Source: Eledone cirrhosa (lineage: Eukaryota). From it: a DNA stretch of 64,000 nt. Position numbers and translations under genes: made by a program. The stretch is taken from positions 7,564,001-7,628,000 of the forward strand of contig OZ024754.1 of the NCBI GenBank assembly GCA_964016885.1, written 5' to 3'. The stretch's first letter is position 1. Each line of letters starts with the position of its first letter. The notes beneath the pieces are model-generated. The model saw only the letters and a list, made by a program, of their open reading frames with translations, was not told the DNA's origin and did no database searches. Shown here piece after piece: positions 12,856 to 25,885 of this stretch.

Positions 12856-13398
12856 ATATATATAATGTGCTATATATATACTCATATATATATATACTCA
12901 TATATATATATATATATACTCATATTCAATGTGATCTACCTATCGTGGTAGGGGCTATACCGTAGTTAGAACTCAATGTATTCGGTTAGCAAATAGTTCA
13001 GTGAGATCATGAAAAACGTTCCGTGTTTTGCTGCTGAGTCAATCCTTCTGATACAGAGTCTGATATATTTTATATCAGTTTAACAATGATAATAACGAAG
13101 GCAAGTTATTATCATTAAACTAATATCTAATACATACATCAACACCTGGTCTTCTCAGCCCCTTATGTACTGGACTGTTTATCCCAAAATTAGCGACTCG
13201 AAAGTTTCTGAAACTGATCAACCGTATTTACACATCGTATGTCGCCTTCTTGAAATTGATAAAATTACTAGAAATATCGAATGACAGGAGTTGTTTGTTT
13301 CTTCCCCAAGGACACATTCGTTTATGTACCACTTGAGAGATACAAGAGCAGACAGGATGATCATAGCTGGGTATGTTTCTATTATTGATCTGCTCAAG

Positions 13399-13620
13399 GG
13401 TGGTGGATTGGCAGTATTGGTAGATAGTCGGATGCCATGCTTTTCAGCTTAGAGTTACGGCCCGTCATGATCTGAGTTCAAATCCCGCCGAGGTTAATTT
13501 TGGCTTTCATCGTCACGGGGTCGATAAAATAAAGTACCAGTCACGCACTCGGGTCGATTTAATCGACTTTCCTCTTCCCCCAAAATTGCTGGCATTGTGT
13601 CTATATAAGAAACCATTATT
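13399..13620 (+). mobile_element. tRNA-derived SINE family 1, long form
   Basis: A box TGGCAGTATTGG, B box GAGTTCAAATCC, central (g)ctttcatc..acggggtcgataaaataaagtacc domain (Meta/MESC-like, from memory). Confidence 0.9.
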
Positions 13621-14611
13621 GGTCTGCTCAGAGTTGACTTAGGTTTAAAGAAATAGCGAAAATTAAAAGAATGTACAGGAAAGTAATTATCCTTGGTTGT
13701 TACAATTAATAATTCCAAGTGTCGTACTTTTCTCATGATTTATCTATATTTCATCTATATTTCTCTATAAATATCCTCATTGCATCAAAGCTGTGCTGGC
13801 CCATGATTCCTATTGAACGCAAATCTTTATATTGAAACGACAAATCTGTCCAGTCAGTACGTTTACAATTCTTTTCCCTTCAAGACTTAAAGCATTCTTA
13901 ACTAGATAGCATCGCCCAAACTTTGGAATGAACAGCATAGATATAAAATTCCATTATTTTTCGTTCACCTTGATGAGTTTTCCATACAATCAGAGATACT
14001 TAAACGATAACTAATTATCTCAAACAATTTACTAAGCCTATCATATAATTTGTCAAGTCGTCATAATACGTTTCCTATCTTTATACAATCTTTCAAATAC
14101 TCTATATCTCACGACACTATTTTCCCAGATCTTCATACAACAATTAACTTACAACAATATTGTATCTGTGTACTTATTTTTGCTTCAGTGAATCATTTTA
14201 TGTTTAAACACGAATTATTTCCTTCTTTCATCGAAGCTTATGCAAATATTTTCTGCTTAGTTAATCATTAAATATATATATCTGCAAGGTATTTCAAGTA
14301 TTCATGTTTATATCCATAGATTTTATCTTCTCTCTACTTCAAGTAATATAAATATATCTTTAGCTCTTAGATATGTTTCTTCATTCTTCATCTCCAATTA
14401 GCCATAACTAGTAGTGTTATTTTCATTACTTTGTTCATTTAAAAAATAAAGTGTATAAAACCTTCTCATCTTTAATTTAGCGCCAGAAAAGAAGCTACAA
14501 GTAGAACAAACTTGATGACCAAGTATTTACTTCAAACATAGCTTCGTTTCAGTAAGAGATCCAATTTGAAGGAATTTATAGTATATAGATAAGGTAGTGC
14601 AGGTAAACATT

Positions 14612-14826
14612 GGATTCTTATATAGGCACAAGGCCAACAATTTTTGGGGAGAGCAAAGTCAATTAAATCGACCCCAGAGCGTGACTGGTACTTTATTTTA
14701 TCGACCCCGTAAGGATGAAAGGCAAAGTTAAACTGGGCGGGATTTGAACTCAGATCATAAATAGCCGTAATTCTATGTTACAAAGCATGGCGCCCGGTCC
14801 TCTCCGTCACTGCCAATCCACCGCCG
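14612..14826 (-). mobile_element. SINE family 1, long form
   Basis: Reverse complement of the family consensus. Confidence 0.9.
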
Positions 14827-15159
14827 TAAGTGAAGGTAAATATTGATGTTTACCTATGTTGGGCGGTGTCTTTCTCAATGGCTCGCATAAGTCACCCAAG
14901 TGAAATCTTTCTGACTTTGTAACGCCAACTTTTCAGTTGTAATTTATCTTTCTATCATTTTTGCGATCGAGGAAAACAGCGTGTACGAGCCCGCCTGATG
15001 GTGAGCCATATCTTATGCGGCCCGATTCTCGAAAACGGTTACTCATATAGAGTGATATACACCATATCAGCTAAATATTGTAGTTTATCTTATGTTGTGT
15101 TGTCTTGTAACGAAGTGTAAAAGATATTGGTATTGTTAAAGACTGTTTTAAAATATTCT

Positions 15160-16051
15160 ACACCACGTCAGCTAAAGGCTGTTATATACCACGTCAGCTA
15201 AAGAAGGTTATACACCACGTCGGCTAAAGACTGTTATACACCACGTCGGTTAAAGACTGTTATACACCACGTCGGTTAAAGACTGTTATACACCACGTCG
15301 GTTAAAGACTGTTATACACCGCGGCGGCTAAAGACTGTTATACACCACGTCGGTTAAAGACTGTTATACACCACGGCGGCTAAAGACTGTTATACACCGC
15401 GGCGGCTAAAGACTGTTATACACCACGTCGGTTAAAGACTGTTATACACCGCGGCGGCTAAAGACTGTTATACACCACGGCGGCTAAAGACTGTTATACA
15501 CCACGGCGGCTAAAGACTGTTATACACCACGTCAGCTAAAGACTGTTATACACCACGTCAGCTAAAGACTGTTATACACCACGCCAGCTAAAGACTTATA
15601 CACCACGCCAGCTAAAGACTGTTATACACCACGCCGGCTAAAGACTGTTATACACCACGTCGGCTAAAGACTGTTATACACCACGTCGGCTAAAGACTGT
15701 TATACACCACGTCGGCTAAAGACTGTTATACACCACGTCGGCTAAAGACTGTTATACACCACGTCGGCTAAAGACTGTTATACACCACGTCGGCTAAAGA
15801 CTGTTATACACCACGTCGGCTAAAGACTGTTATACACCACGCCGGCTAAAGACTGTTATACACCACGCCGGCTAAAGACTGTTATACACCACGTCGGCTA
15901 AAGACTGTTATACACCACGCCGGCTAAAGACTGTTATACACCACGGCGGCTAAAGACTGTTATACACTACGTCGGCTAAAGACTGTTATACACTACGTCG
16001 GCTAAAGACTGTTATACACCACGGCGGCTAAAGACTGTTATACACCACGTC
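15160..16051. repeat. 26-bp minisatellite (caccacgtcggctaaagactgttata) x~34
   Basis: Directly visible, no spacers. Confidence 0.97.
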
Positions 16052-16142
16052 ACATAAATATTGTAGTTTATCCTACGCTGATGTGATTCTTGTAGTAACA
16101 AAGTTTAAACGTCATTGTTGTTAATATGAAACCTTATATATG

Positions 16143-16592
16143 TTTCTTTATTAGCCACAGGGGCACAAAAGAAGAGGACAAATACAAAGGGGGAAGTTTA
16201 CATGCAATAAAAACGTGTAAAATATTATCACAAATGCAATTAAAACAATTAGTCGATTTTCCCCAATAGGGGGATACAGTTCATATGGGTAACACATACC
16301 CCCGAAACAATGTGCAACCCTCATCTCCACGAGTACGAAGAGTTTGTACTCCTTTCCTCTCCTCCTTTTCCTCAACCTACAGGCTGATATAGAGAGAAGG
16401 CCCATTCACTCGGGCCATTCTCGCCACTTTCAACCACCTTTCATAAAACTTGCTGGGGTACAGCACCTCTCTCTCCATCCTGATTCTTCTTCCAAAGTGG
16501 TATTTGAAAAAAAAGAATCAGTTGTTGGCCGAGAGAAAGGTGTCTGACCTCAGCCCTTTCAACCTTGTCCACCATACAACCTCTTTCGCCAT
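16143..16592 (-). mobile_element. 3' end of a Tx1/L1-like LINE, frameshifted
   Basis: Minus strand MAKEVVWWTRLKGL...FFKYHF.RRIRMEREVL...KFYERWLKVARMARVNG, then a UTR ending ggctaataaagaaa; clade assigned from memory. Confidence 0.6.
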
Positions 16593-17289
16593 AAATCCTA
16601 TATAGAAACTCAATTAAATGTGGTTATTGTAGTCCGTCCTATGCTTGGAAACATTTCGACTGGAAAGAATATCTGTAAAAATATGTTTAATCACTAGAAA
16701 TTACTGTTACCTCTTACTTCAGTAATGTTGTTAATGATCGAAGAAATCAATATCTTAATCAAACCTATATACTATTATCAAGAAAAAAAACAGCAATGTT
16801 CTTGTTAATGACGAACATAGCTAAAATATGACCTGTTTACTGTTGATAGGAATGTAAACAACTCAAATTTTAATGATTCTATGCTAATATTCCTAATAAA
16901 ATAATTGTTTCTACTTTTGGTACAAGGACAGCATTTATCTCAGTGTATTACTGGTACTTTATGTTATCGACCCCGTAAGGATTCCTAACAAAATAATGGT
17001 GATGATGATGATTAAGAACCTAGTGTGTGTTGATAATATTTTTCTTTTATTTGTTGTTGTTTTTTTCTTTGAGGGTTTAGTGTTGTTGTTGTTGTTGTTG
17101 TCTTCGTAGTTGTTGTTGGATGTCAACAGAAATGGTTCTGTTAAATTTCAGCGGTAAAGATGTTTAACCTGATTAACTCATGGATGATGAAATGATTAGG
17201 TTTATAAAAATTGCGTTGATGATGATGATGATCAACGTCTTCAATGTTTTTCTTCCTCTTATTATTATTATTATTATTGTGGAAAACTG

Positions 17290-17517
17290 GGAGAGGGCAC
17301 TTGCCCTGGTGGTCAGGGTCACTGTGGCCTTTTAATAGGCTTTCTCCACAAATGTCCCTCGGAAGTCTCCCCCCTATTGGGGAATTTTTCATTGTTATTT
17401 TTTTTATTACATCCTCTGTTTTTTTTACACGCAGAAATGCCCATTTGTACCGTCCTGCATTGTCCTGTACTGTGCTTAATGTCTACTTTATGTAAACCCT
17501 TGTGGTTAATAAAGAAA
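17290..17517 (+). mobile_element. 3' UTR related to the LINE at 16143-16592
   Basis: Shares ccccctattgggga and the tgtgg(c/t)taataaagaaa terminus. Confidence 0.55.
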
Positions 17518-17528
17518 GCATTATTATT

Positions 17529-17950
17529 AGCGGTGAATTGGCAGTATCGGTAGAGGGTCGGACGACATGCTTTGCAGCATAGAGTTACGGCTCTTTATGA
17601 TCTGAGCTCAAATCCCGCCGAGGTTGACTTTGCCTTTCATCCTTACGGGGTCGATAAAATAAAGTATCAGTCACGCACTGGGGCCGATTTAATCGACTTT
17701 CCCCTCCCCCCAAATTACTGGCCTTGTGCCTATATAAGAAACCATTATTATTCGGGGGATTGGTAGTATTGGTAGAGGGTCGGACCACATGCTTTGACGC
17801 ATAGTTACGACCCTTGCCATTCTGAGTTCAAATCCCGCCAAGGTTAACTTTGCTTTTCATCCTTACGAGGTCGATACAATAAAGTACCAGTAATACTCTG
17901 GGATAATTGCTGCCAAAAGTAGAAACAATTATTATTATTATTATTATTAT
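17529..17950 (+). mobile_element. Two head-to-tail SINE family 1 copies (long then short form)
   Basis: Consensus matches at 17529-17752 and 17755-17950, each with an (ATT)n tail. Confidence 0.9.
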
Positions 17951-18219
17951 TTGAAACTTCCTTTGAATTCTGCTTCTTTCCCAAATCATGCTGAGTATCA
18001 ACCGAACAAGACAAAATTTAATTAGACATATTTTACAATCAATTGTCATACAAATCATGCCACAGGGGTGCAAACATCAGAAAATGTATGTACAATGTAT
18101 TTCAAATGATAATGTCCTTCTGAGAACAATCAGCCCTATTTTCTGCATCTCTTGCAGAGATGGCTTTCCAGGTATCTGATCCTAATATTTTTCAGTTCCC
18201 TTTTTTTTTCATTCCAAGT

Positions 18220-18350
18220 GTTCGACAGTCGATCCACTTTCGTCAAATCAGACCGAGGAATCAATGTTTCTGTTGGTCTTTCAAATTGCTAATACTCTCT
18301 ATCGGTTGCATCTCCAGGTAAAAGGAGCAACGTGAAATAAAATGTCTTGT
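18220..18350 (-). mobile_element. SINE family 2, 3' part
   Basis: Reverse complement of 12728-12850. Confidence 0.8.
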
Positions 18351-18465
18351 AAAATGTATGAAATATTATTTATAATATAAACAGTGATAAATATTTTATA
18401 CGTAAAGGTGATATATATATATATATATATATTAAAAGGGTACGTCAAAGCTATTTGTAAAACTG

Positions 18466-18545
18466 TTATATATTGTATTTTGTCTGATGAAGGCATACCA
18501 TAATTTAATGTGGTATCCCTGAAATATGTATAATGAAATAAATAT
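18466..18545 (+). ncRNA. Minimal type I hammerhead ribozyme, copy 1 of a tandem pair
   Basis: TATTTTGT-CTGATGA-AGGCATACCA taatttaatg TGGTATCCCT-GAAA-TATGT-ATA-ATGAAATA: stem II 9 of 10 bp, stem I 8 bp including two GU. Confidence 0.78.
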
Positions 18546-18716
18546 GGTTTTATAAATATAGTTTCCATTTATTAATATCGTATATCTACTCCAAAAACTT
18601 GTCGAGTGCTTTATATCAGTTATAAAAATATTTACTTGTTGTATCCCAACAACTTTAAATAGAACTTTTGCATATATATATATATATAAATAACCAATCG
18701 CATATCCAATCTCTCA

Positions 18717-18784
18717 TATATTTTATCTGATGAAAACGTACTGAAACACCAATGTATCTTTGAAATATGTATAATAAAATATAT
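18717..18784 (+). ncRNA. Minimal type I hammerhead ribozyme, copy 2 of a tandem pair
   Basis: TATATTTTAT-CTGATGA-AAACGTAC..GTATCTTT-GAAA-TATGT-ATA-ATAAAATATA: perfect 10-bp stem I, AUA triplet. Confidence 0.72.
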
Positions 18785-18874
18785 AGTTTGGTTATGAGGA
18801 TATTTTTCATTTCTTAATATTTTGAATTATATATATATATAGTTAAAAGAATAGAGGTGTAACACACAAGTTAT

Positions 18875-19289
18875 TATATATTGGTAAACGGAATAGAAAA
18901 TGCTGACAAATTGTTCACAGTTGAAAAAATGGTTTAATTAGGAATAAAAGAGTATTAGTGATTGTATGGGTTAGTATTCAGTTGTGGTTTTAAGTTTTTA
19001 AGTTTTTACCGGTTGCGCATTTCTAAAGGCTTTTCAAAAATAATTTTGAGATAGAGTGTCCGTGCTGTTGAGATAGAGTGTCCGATCAGAGCAAACAGCA
19101 CGGACACTCTATCTCAAAATTATTTTTGAAAAGCATTTAGAAATGCGCAACCGGTAAAAACTTAAAAACTTAAAACCACAACTGAATACTAACCCATACA
19201 ATCACTAATACTCTTTTATTCCTAATTAAACCATTTTTTTTAACTGTGAACAATTTGTCAGCATTTTCTATCCCGTTTACCAATATATA
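18875..19289. repeat. Fold-back element with ~195-bp arms
   Basis: Arms 18875-19069 and 19094-19289 with about 3-4 differences; right end runs into (TA)n. Confidence 0.95.
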
Positions 19290-19629
19290 TATATATATAT
19301 AATCACTGTTTGTTTTAGATATAAAATAGTTATCACTGTTTCTGACCCTCTTCCTGCTATTTCAAGCGTTAACCTAATATATTCCTTCTATATACTGTAC
19401 CGATTGTTATTTCTGTTTACTTTTTACACGCACATACATACTCAATCGCTCTATCGATCGATATATATACAGTGATATGTATATGTACGTAAAGATTTCA
19501 ATGGCCGAAATATGTGTAAGATATTATGAAGTGGTTTCGGCCATTGAAATTTTACCTGCGTAGAAATTTCGAGAAGTTATATACAAAATGAGTAATCTGC
19601 ACAGGAGTCTTTTTGGCATATGTCACCAA

Positions 19630-20197
19630 TAATAATGGTTTCTGATTTAAGCACAAGGCCAGCAATTTCTAGAGAGAAGTCGATTAAATCGACCCTAGTG
19701 TGTTACTGGTACATTATTTTATCGAACCCCGTTAGGATGACAAGCAAAGCTACTAAGCACGGCGGGATTTGAAATCGAGAACGAAAAGAGCCTAAACTCT
19801 ATGTCGCGAAGCATAGTTCACGGTGCTCTACCGATACTGCCAATCCCCCCCCCCCCCATAATAATAAAAATAATAATAATAATAATGTGTTTATACTTTT
19901 GGCACAAGGCCAGCAATTATACCAGTACATTACTGGTACTTTATTTTATCGACCCCGTAAGGATGAAAGGCAAAGTTAACCTCGGCGGGATTTGAACTCA
20001 CACCGTAAAGGGCCGTAACTCTTTGCTGCAAAGCATGGCGTCCGACCCTCTACTGATACTGCCAATAATAATAATAATAATAATTGTTTCTACTTTAGGC
20101 ACAAGGCCAGCAATTACTCAGTACATTACTGGTACTTTATTTTATCGACCCCGTAAGGATGAAAGGCAAAGTTAACCTCGGCGGGATTTGAACTCAG
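19630..20197 (-). mobile_element. Three stacked SINE family 1 copies
   Basis: Copies at 19630-19850, 19885-20066 and 20080-20197, separated by (AAT)n. Confidence 0.9.
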
Positions 20198-20904
20198 GCC
20201 ACAAAGGGACGTAATAATAATAATAATAATAATATTGATAGTAATAATAATAGTAATAGCGATGATAATGATAGCAATAATAGTGATAATGTTGAAAATT
20301 ATAATGGTGATAGGATTCATAACGATGATGATGATAGTCATAATAAGGGTGGGGAAGATGGGGGAGGGGAAGGAGGAGCAATAATGAAATTCAATGAAAG
20401 TGTAGGATGTAGAATTGAGGTAATCAAGAGTCTGTTATTGAGTCAATTAAATAAGATGTTTGTTCTGTTTCCTTTGAAATATCTCGCTCTCTCTCTTTTA
20501 CTCTCTCTCTCTCTCTCTCTCTCTCGCTCTCTCTCTGTATAAAACACAGATAATATGAAAGCTTAACTAAAGAAGTAGGAGCTTGTCTCTCTCTCCCTTT
20601 CTATCTCTCTCTCTCTTTCTTTGTCTCTATTTCTCTCACCTCACTCTCTCTCTCTTTAACTCACTATTTCTCTCTCCCTCACCTCTCTCTCTTTCTCTCT
20701 ACATTTCTCTTTCTCTCTCTATATATATAGAGAGAACATAAAGACAACATGAAGTCTCATCAAAGAAATATTCAGCTGTAGTAAATTATATTTAACACTA
20801 TATTCTTAATTAAAGGTGTATTGTGTAATATGGCGTTGATAGATCTTTTATTAATAACTACTTAATACGAGTAATATGCTGGAAGTTTATTGTTTTATAT
20901 CTCC

Positions 20905-21195
20905 TTAACCGCCATCCACGTATTCCTGTCGTGTCGGCAGTCCTCAAACAAATCTTTCATCGGATCCTGTTTTTAACAGATCTGGCTGGATCCCCAAGCG
21001 AAACCAACCGAGGGCATGGATGTTATCCAACCATCTTGCTTGAGTTTTACCTCTGGGTCTCCTGTCGGTTGGATTTACCAGTAAAATCTCTCTAGCGATT
21101 CTTTCCTGAGTTATTCTAAACACATGTCTACAGTATCAGAGCTGTGCTCTCTCAATTTGGAGAAGTAGCGATTCTACCTGAAGTGACTCTCTTAT
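20905..21195 (-). mobile_element. RTE-clade LINE 3' fragment
   Basis: Minus strand ESLQVESLLLQIERAQL*YCRHVFRI...RRPRGKTQARWLDNI, matching the RTE C-terminal W.GHV.R...RPRGRP..RW.D. Confidence 0.75.
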
Positions 21196-21227
21196 CCCGG
21201 ATCTATGTATATAAGATCTAGTAATTT

Positions 21228-21417
21228 CATTGTTTCTATTTTAGGCACAAGGCCAGCAATTACCCAGTACATTACTGTTACTTTATTTTATCGACCCCGT
21301 GAGGATGAAAGGCAAAGTTAACCTCGGCGGGATTTGAACTCAGATCATAAAGGGGCGTAACTCTATGCTTCAAAGCATGGTGTCCGACTCTCTACCGATA
21401 TTGCCAATGGACCGCCC
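21228..21417 (-). mobile_element. SINE family 1 with 17-bp TSD
   Basis: TSD ataagatctagtaattt at 21211-21227 and 21428-21444. Confidence 0.92.
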
Positions 21418-21489
21418 TTATGTTTAGATAAGATCTAGTAATTTAATATTGAGTAATCAAACTATCACAAAATAACAATGGAAGGGTTG

Positions 21490-22150
21490 CTGCGTAGTAT
21501 CGCATCGCTCTGGGTTGGGCAGCTTTCAACAAGAAAAGGAAATACTAGCATTAAAACGAGTTTCCTATCATTTGAAGGCTAGGATCTTTGATACTTACAT
21601 CCTACCAGTTGTGTTATATGGTCTTGACTGTGTCAATTGGATGACAAGGTCTCTTCAGAAACTCTCTACTTTCCAGAACCACATCATGAGACTTATGACT
21701 GGCAAGCAGCTCAGCGACTGTATCTGTATCAGTGAGCTGCTCAACATTACCAAGTTTAGACCAATTACATCAATTGTCAAGTCAAGAGTACTCAAACTAT
21801 ACGGTCATATAAAATAATTAACTCGCGGTGTGATTAGGTTATGCCTGGAAGGAAGGTTGGCTGGTAAGAGAAGCAGAGGCCGGCAGCCGAAACGATGGTT
21901 TGATAATGTCAATTTATGGACTGGACTTGATCTTTGCTCTTTAAACTCTGCTGTTGGTGATCGAAAGGTATTATATATTCCTGGTTTTGCTGGTAAGAGA
22001 AGCAGAGGTTGGCAGCCAAAACGATGGCTTGATAATGTCAATTTATGGACTGGACTTGATCTTTGCTCTTTAAACTCTGCTGCAGGTGATCGAACTTTGC
22101 GGAGAAAAATATCTCGTGTTAATGTACAGTCTGCAACGGGCGAAGTTTAG
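21490..22150 (+). mobile_element. RTE-clade LINE 3' fragment with duplicated end
   Basis: LKARIFDTYILPVVLYG...LKLYGHIK*...EGRLAGKRSRGRQPKRWFDNV; the last ~105 bp are duplicated (21860 and 21989). Confidence 0.85.
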
Positions 22151-22391
22151 CTCACAAACAATATAGTGAGGGTTATATTTGCGTTATATATGATTTGCGT
22201 AGACGGTTCACGTGAAACACCCAATAACTTGCACGTTAATTTACGAGACTGAATAGCTAGATGCTGAAACGATGGATGCTCTATCATACAACATTGGTTA
22301 AACTATTAAATGAAAGATTGTTTGCCCCGGCTTATCAATACGTTCTCCATGCAACCCTGGATGTATATTCGTATGTCATTGTTTAGATAAA

Positions 22392-22795
22392 TGGTGGATT
22401 GGCAGTATCGGTAGAGCGTCGGACGCCATGTTTTGCAGCATAGTTACGCCTCTTTACGTTCTGAGTTCAAATCCACCGAGGTTAACTTTACCTTTCATCC
22501 TTACGGGGTCGATAAAATAAAGCACCAGTAATGCACTGGGGTAATTGCTGGCCTTGTGCCAAAAGTAGAAAAATGATATAGAACTATAAGACTGGTGGAT
22601 TGGTAGTATCGTTAGAGCTTCGGACATTATGATTTGTGGCATAGTTACGGCCATTTACTATCTCACCGAGGTTAGTTCGGTCTTTCATCTTTACGGAGTC
22701 TCTAAAATAAAGCACCAGTAACGTACTGGAGTCGATTTAAGTGACTTTCCCTAACCCAAAAATTGATTTCCTTGTGTCTAAATCAGAAACCGTTA
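22392..22795 (+). mobile_element. Two tandem SINE family 1 copies
   Basis: Consensus matches at 22392-22572 and 22594-22795. Confidence 0.87.
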
Positions 22796-22806
22796 TGTTT
22801 TGATGA

Positions 22807-22856
<50 letters not shown>

Positions 22857-25695
22857 GTACGAAGTGTGTGTTTAAGTAAGTTTATACAGGCGGTTTCTTC
22901 ATGATCTTGGCAAAGAAAATTACGAATCCGTCGACTCACTGAATGACGAGGCAGATGCAATGTTAAGATTAAATTATTCACCTATGGTATACATATTATC
23001 TTTCAGTAGTCTCAGGTTGATATTAAGATATCTTATTCTTCACCAATGTTACACATATTTTTGATTAGTCTGGTGTTGACATTCGAATATTGAATTTCTT
23101 TCTAATGATATACGAATGATTTCTTTTTTTTATAATCTAAAAATGGATTTCTTGTACAATTAAATTGTTCAGAAGTAAGCTCTTAGCAGTTAAGCATTTT
23201 ATATAGGTGACATTCTAGGAAAGTAAAATGTATTATTGTGTGGGGTAAACAGTAAGATACTTTAAAAAGAGGGAAGAGCAGATGTTTATGTCGTAACCTG
23301 ACATGCTAAAATTAATCAAATTTCTCGCAGAGAGAGAGAGAGTGTGTGTGTTCCAGAGTTGAGTCGGTAGTAAAAACAGTTTTATTCAAACTCACTCTCT
23401 CGGGCGGGTAAAATTCCCGAGATCCATGGACGAGTTCTCTCCAGCAGTCTCTGTCCCTCATTATCGTTGCCATGTTGGAGACGCAGGACATGGCAGCAAT
23501 ATATATATATAATACCAGGACGATTTGTTAAGCCTTCATTAGGTTTATTGATTTTTGACGCGAGTTTCGCTATTGATCAGGATAAATGTATATACATATA
23601 TCTCCAAATACATATTCGATATCTCTTTTCATATGTTTAGATGTTTTCATAGTTTGTAAATAATATTTCTGTGAGATTAAAAAAAATATTCTATTATTCA
23701 GAGATATGTTGTCTTACAGAATGTTTATTATTTTGATGTCCTAAAAATAAATCAATAATTTACAGAATGGTAAGGTTTATGACTGTGTTTAAAAAAAAAA
23801 AAAAAATATTTAGTACATCCAAATTAATTGAAATTACGTCGTACACTATTAGAGGAAAATCAATTTTGTTAATGTAATAAAATGTGATAAAGCAAAATAT
23901 AATTCATAATTAAATACTTGGCCGACAAATATATTCCACATTCAGAATCCAAACACGATCTTTATCATTTCCAAAGTAAAACACTAATATAATATGAAAA
24001 AACAAACCCACCAAAAATAACAAAGTTTAAAATAATCTTTAATTTCCTCTCTTAATACATTGTTAAAGTATCACTTAAGAATTTTTACCCATACAAATGG
24101 ATGTAATTTTTATCATATAGCTTTAGTAGTTTGTTTAACATAGCCTTAGGAGTTTGTTAAAATATTGTACATTCTTTTATATTTCTCTATCACTATTTCT
24201 TTCCTCCTTTACTAATATTGTCTGGAATATTGAAAGACGTCTAACGACCATGTAAACAATCGAAAGATAAGTGATTTCAAGCTGTTTACAGGATTTGGAT
24301 TTCTATTTGTGTGTGATGCTTTTGTAAATATAAGTTGTGATATTTTGGAATGTGATCAGTCATGCGTCTGTAATGGTATAAAGCAAATATAATAGTTTAC
24401 TTTAAGTTAGTAGTTATATATTTCTAAGTAGAAAATCACTTGATATTAGATTTGCCACACGTCTTGTGTGTGAATCTAAGTAGATAAACACTGTTGTGAA
24501 GCATGGCGGATGGGCTTTATCTGTAAATTCAATGGAATAGCCTTGTTAAACTGAGTCACAGTGTATGCACCTTTTAGAATTAACACAATGGTACGTACAT
24601 ACGTTTGAAAAATACTCAGCCTATCAGACGTTAATTTAACTAAGTCCTTCAGGGGACAGAACATTTACAACAATCATAGTCAAAGTTGTGGAAGGCCCAG
24701 TTGATTAAACAGAAATACAACAGAGGATGTATCTATACAGGGTAGAACAAAAATATGTTTATACATTCAGTGAATAGATACAACAGCTATTCGGTTTTTA
24801 AATGGTAGCGTGATTTTTTTTTTTTTATCTTCCCTGTATTTTCTACAGACACACAAACCCGCAGACCTCTAAACACCAAAGCGGGAAGTAGAATGAAAAA
24901 GGTTGCCCCAAAATGGAGGCATTTTACATAATGCTATATCCATTTTTACTACCCCAAAGGCCATTTGAAATCTCCCCGTCGGACGGGGAGATTTGGCAGG
25001 TCAGTCTCCCATTTTCGAGGAGTAGAATCCTAAGTGTTGATATATAGGGGATAAATATAACCTTGGACTATGCTTCAGCGTCAGCTGGAACAACTAATAT
25101 AGGTGAATCATAATATCTTACTTACTAACAAAGTCCAAGATTCATAAAACATTTTAACAGCAAAGCACCCATTTACTGGTAACACTGGTCATCAACGACT
25201 CGTAAGTCGTTAGCGATTCTAAGAACTGTCACCAGTCTTCAAATATATTTCCTACTCCGTAAAAAACAAGAAAAGGGGGAAAAAATACAAATTACCGAAA
25301 ATAAAATTTCGATCAAAATGAAATGTGAATCGTTTATCGTCTGCAATTATAAACACAACTTAAAACTAAATAATCGTTATTCATCATAGGCAAAATGCCA
25401 ATTGTTCAATGGTGTGCAGTTGCTAGACTATATATTACACACCACAACTGTCAATATCATTCTCTGTCTCACTATAAGACTGTGGGTGAGAAAATTCCCC
25501 ATTGCAATTAAACTTACTGAACTGATCTTTCTATCGACCACAGAGAAGTAGAACGCCAAGACAGCAAACATATGGCAAGAAAATTGAACCTACTTCATTA
25601 TTGAATATTGACTGTCTTTCATTAAGTCAATTATAGAGAAGTAATATAGTCTGTATAGAAATATAGATTTTGTTGATACTTGTTTATCAATTCTC

Positions 25696-25885
25696 AGCGG
25701 TGGATTTGCAGTATCGTAAAGGGTCAGACACCATCCTCTGCAGCGTAGTTAAGACCCATTACAATGTGAGTTAAAATTCCGCCGTGGTCAACTTTGCCTT
25801 TCATCCTAACAAGGTCGATAAAATAAAGTGCCAGTAATGCACTGGGGTAATTGCTGGCCTTGTGCCAACAGTAAAAAATAATTAT
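25696..25885 (+). mobile_element. SINE family 1
   Basis: Diverged consensus match. Confidence 0.85.

Noticed and set aside
18875-19289. All fold-backs being sequencing or assembly chimeras
   Set aside because: Arms differ by varying amounts, loops are structured and several belong to multi-copy families with different apices; read-level confirmation is still advisable.
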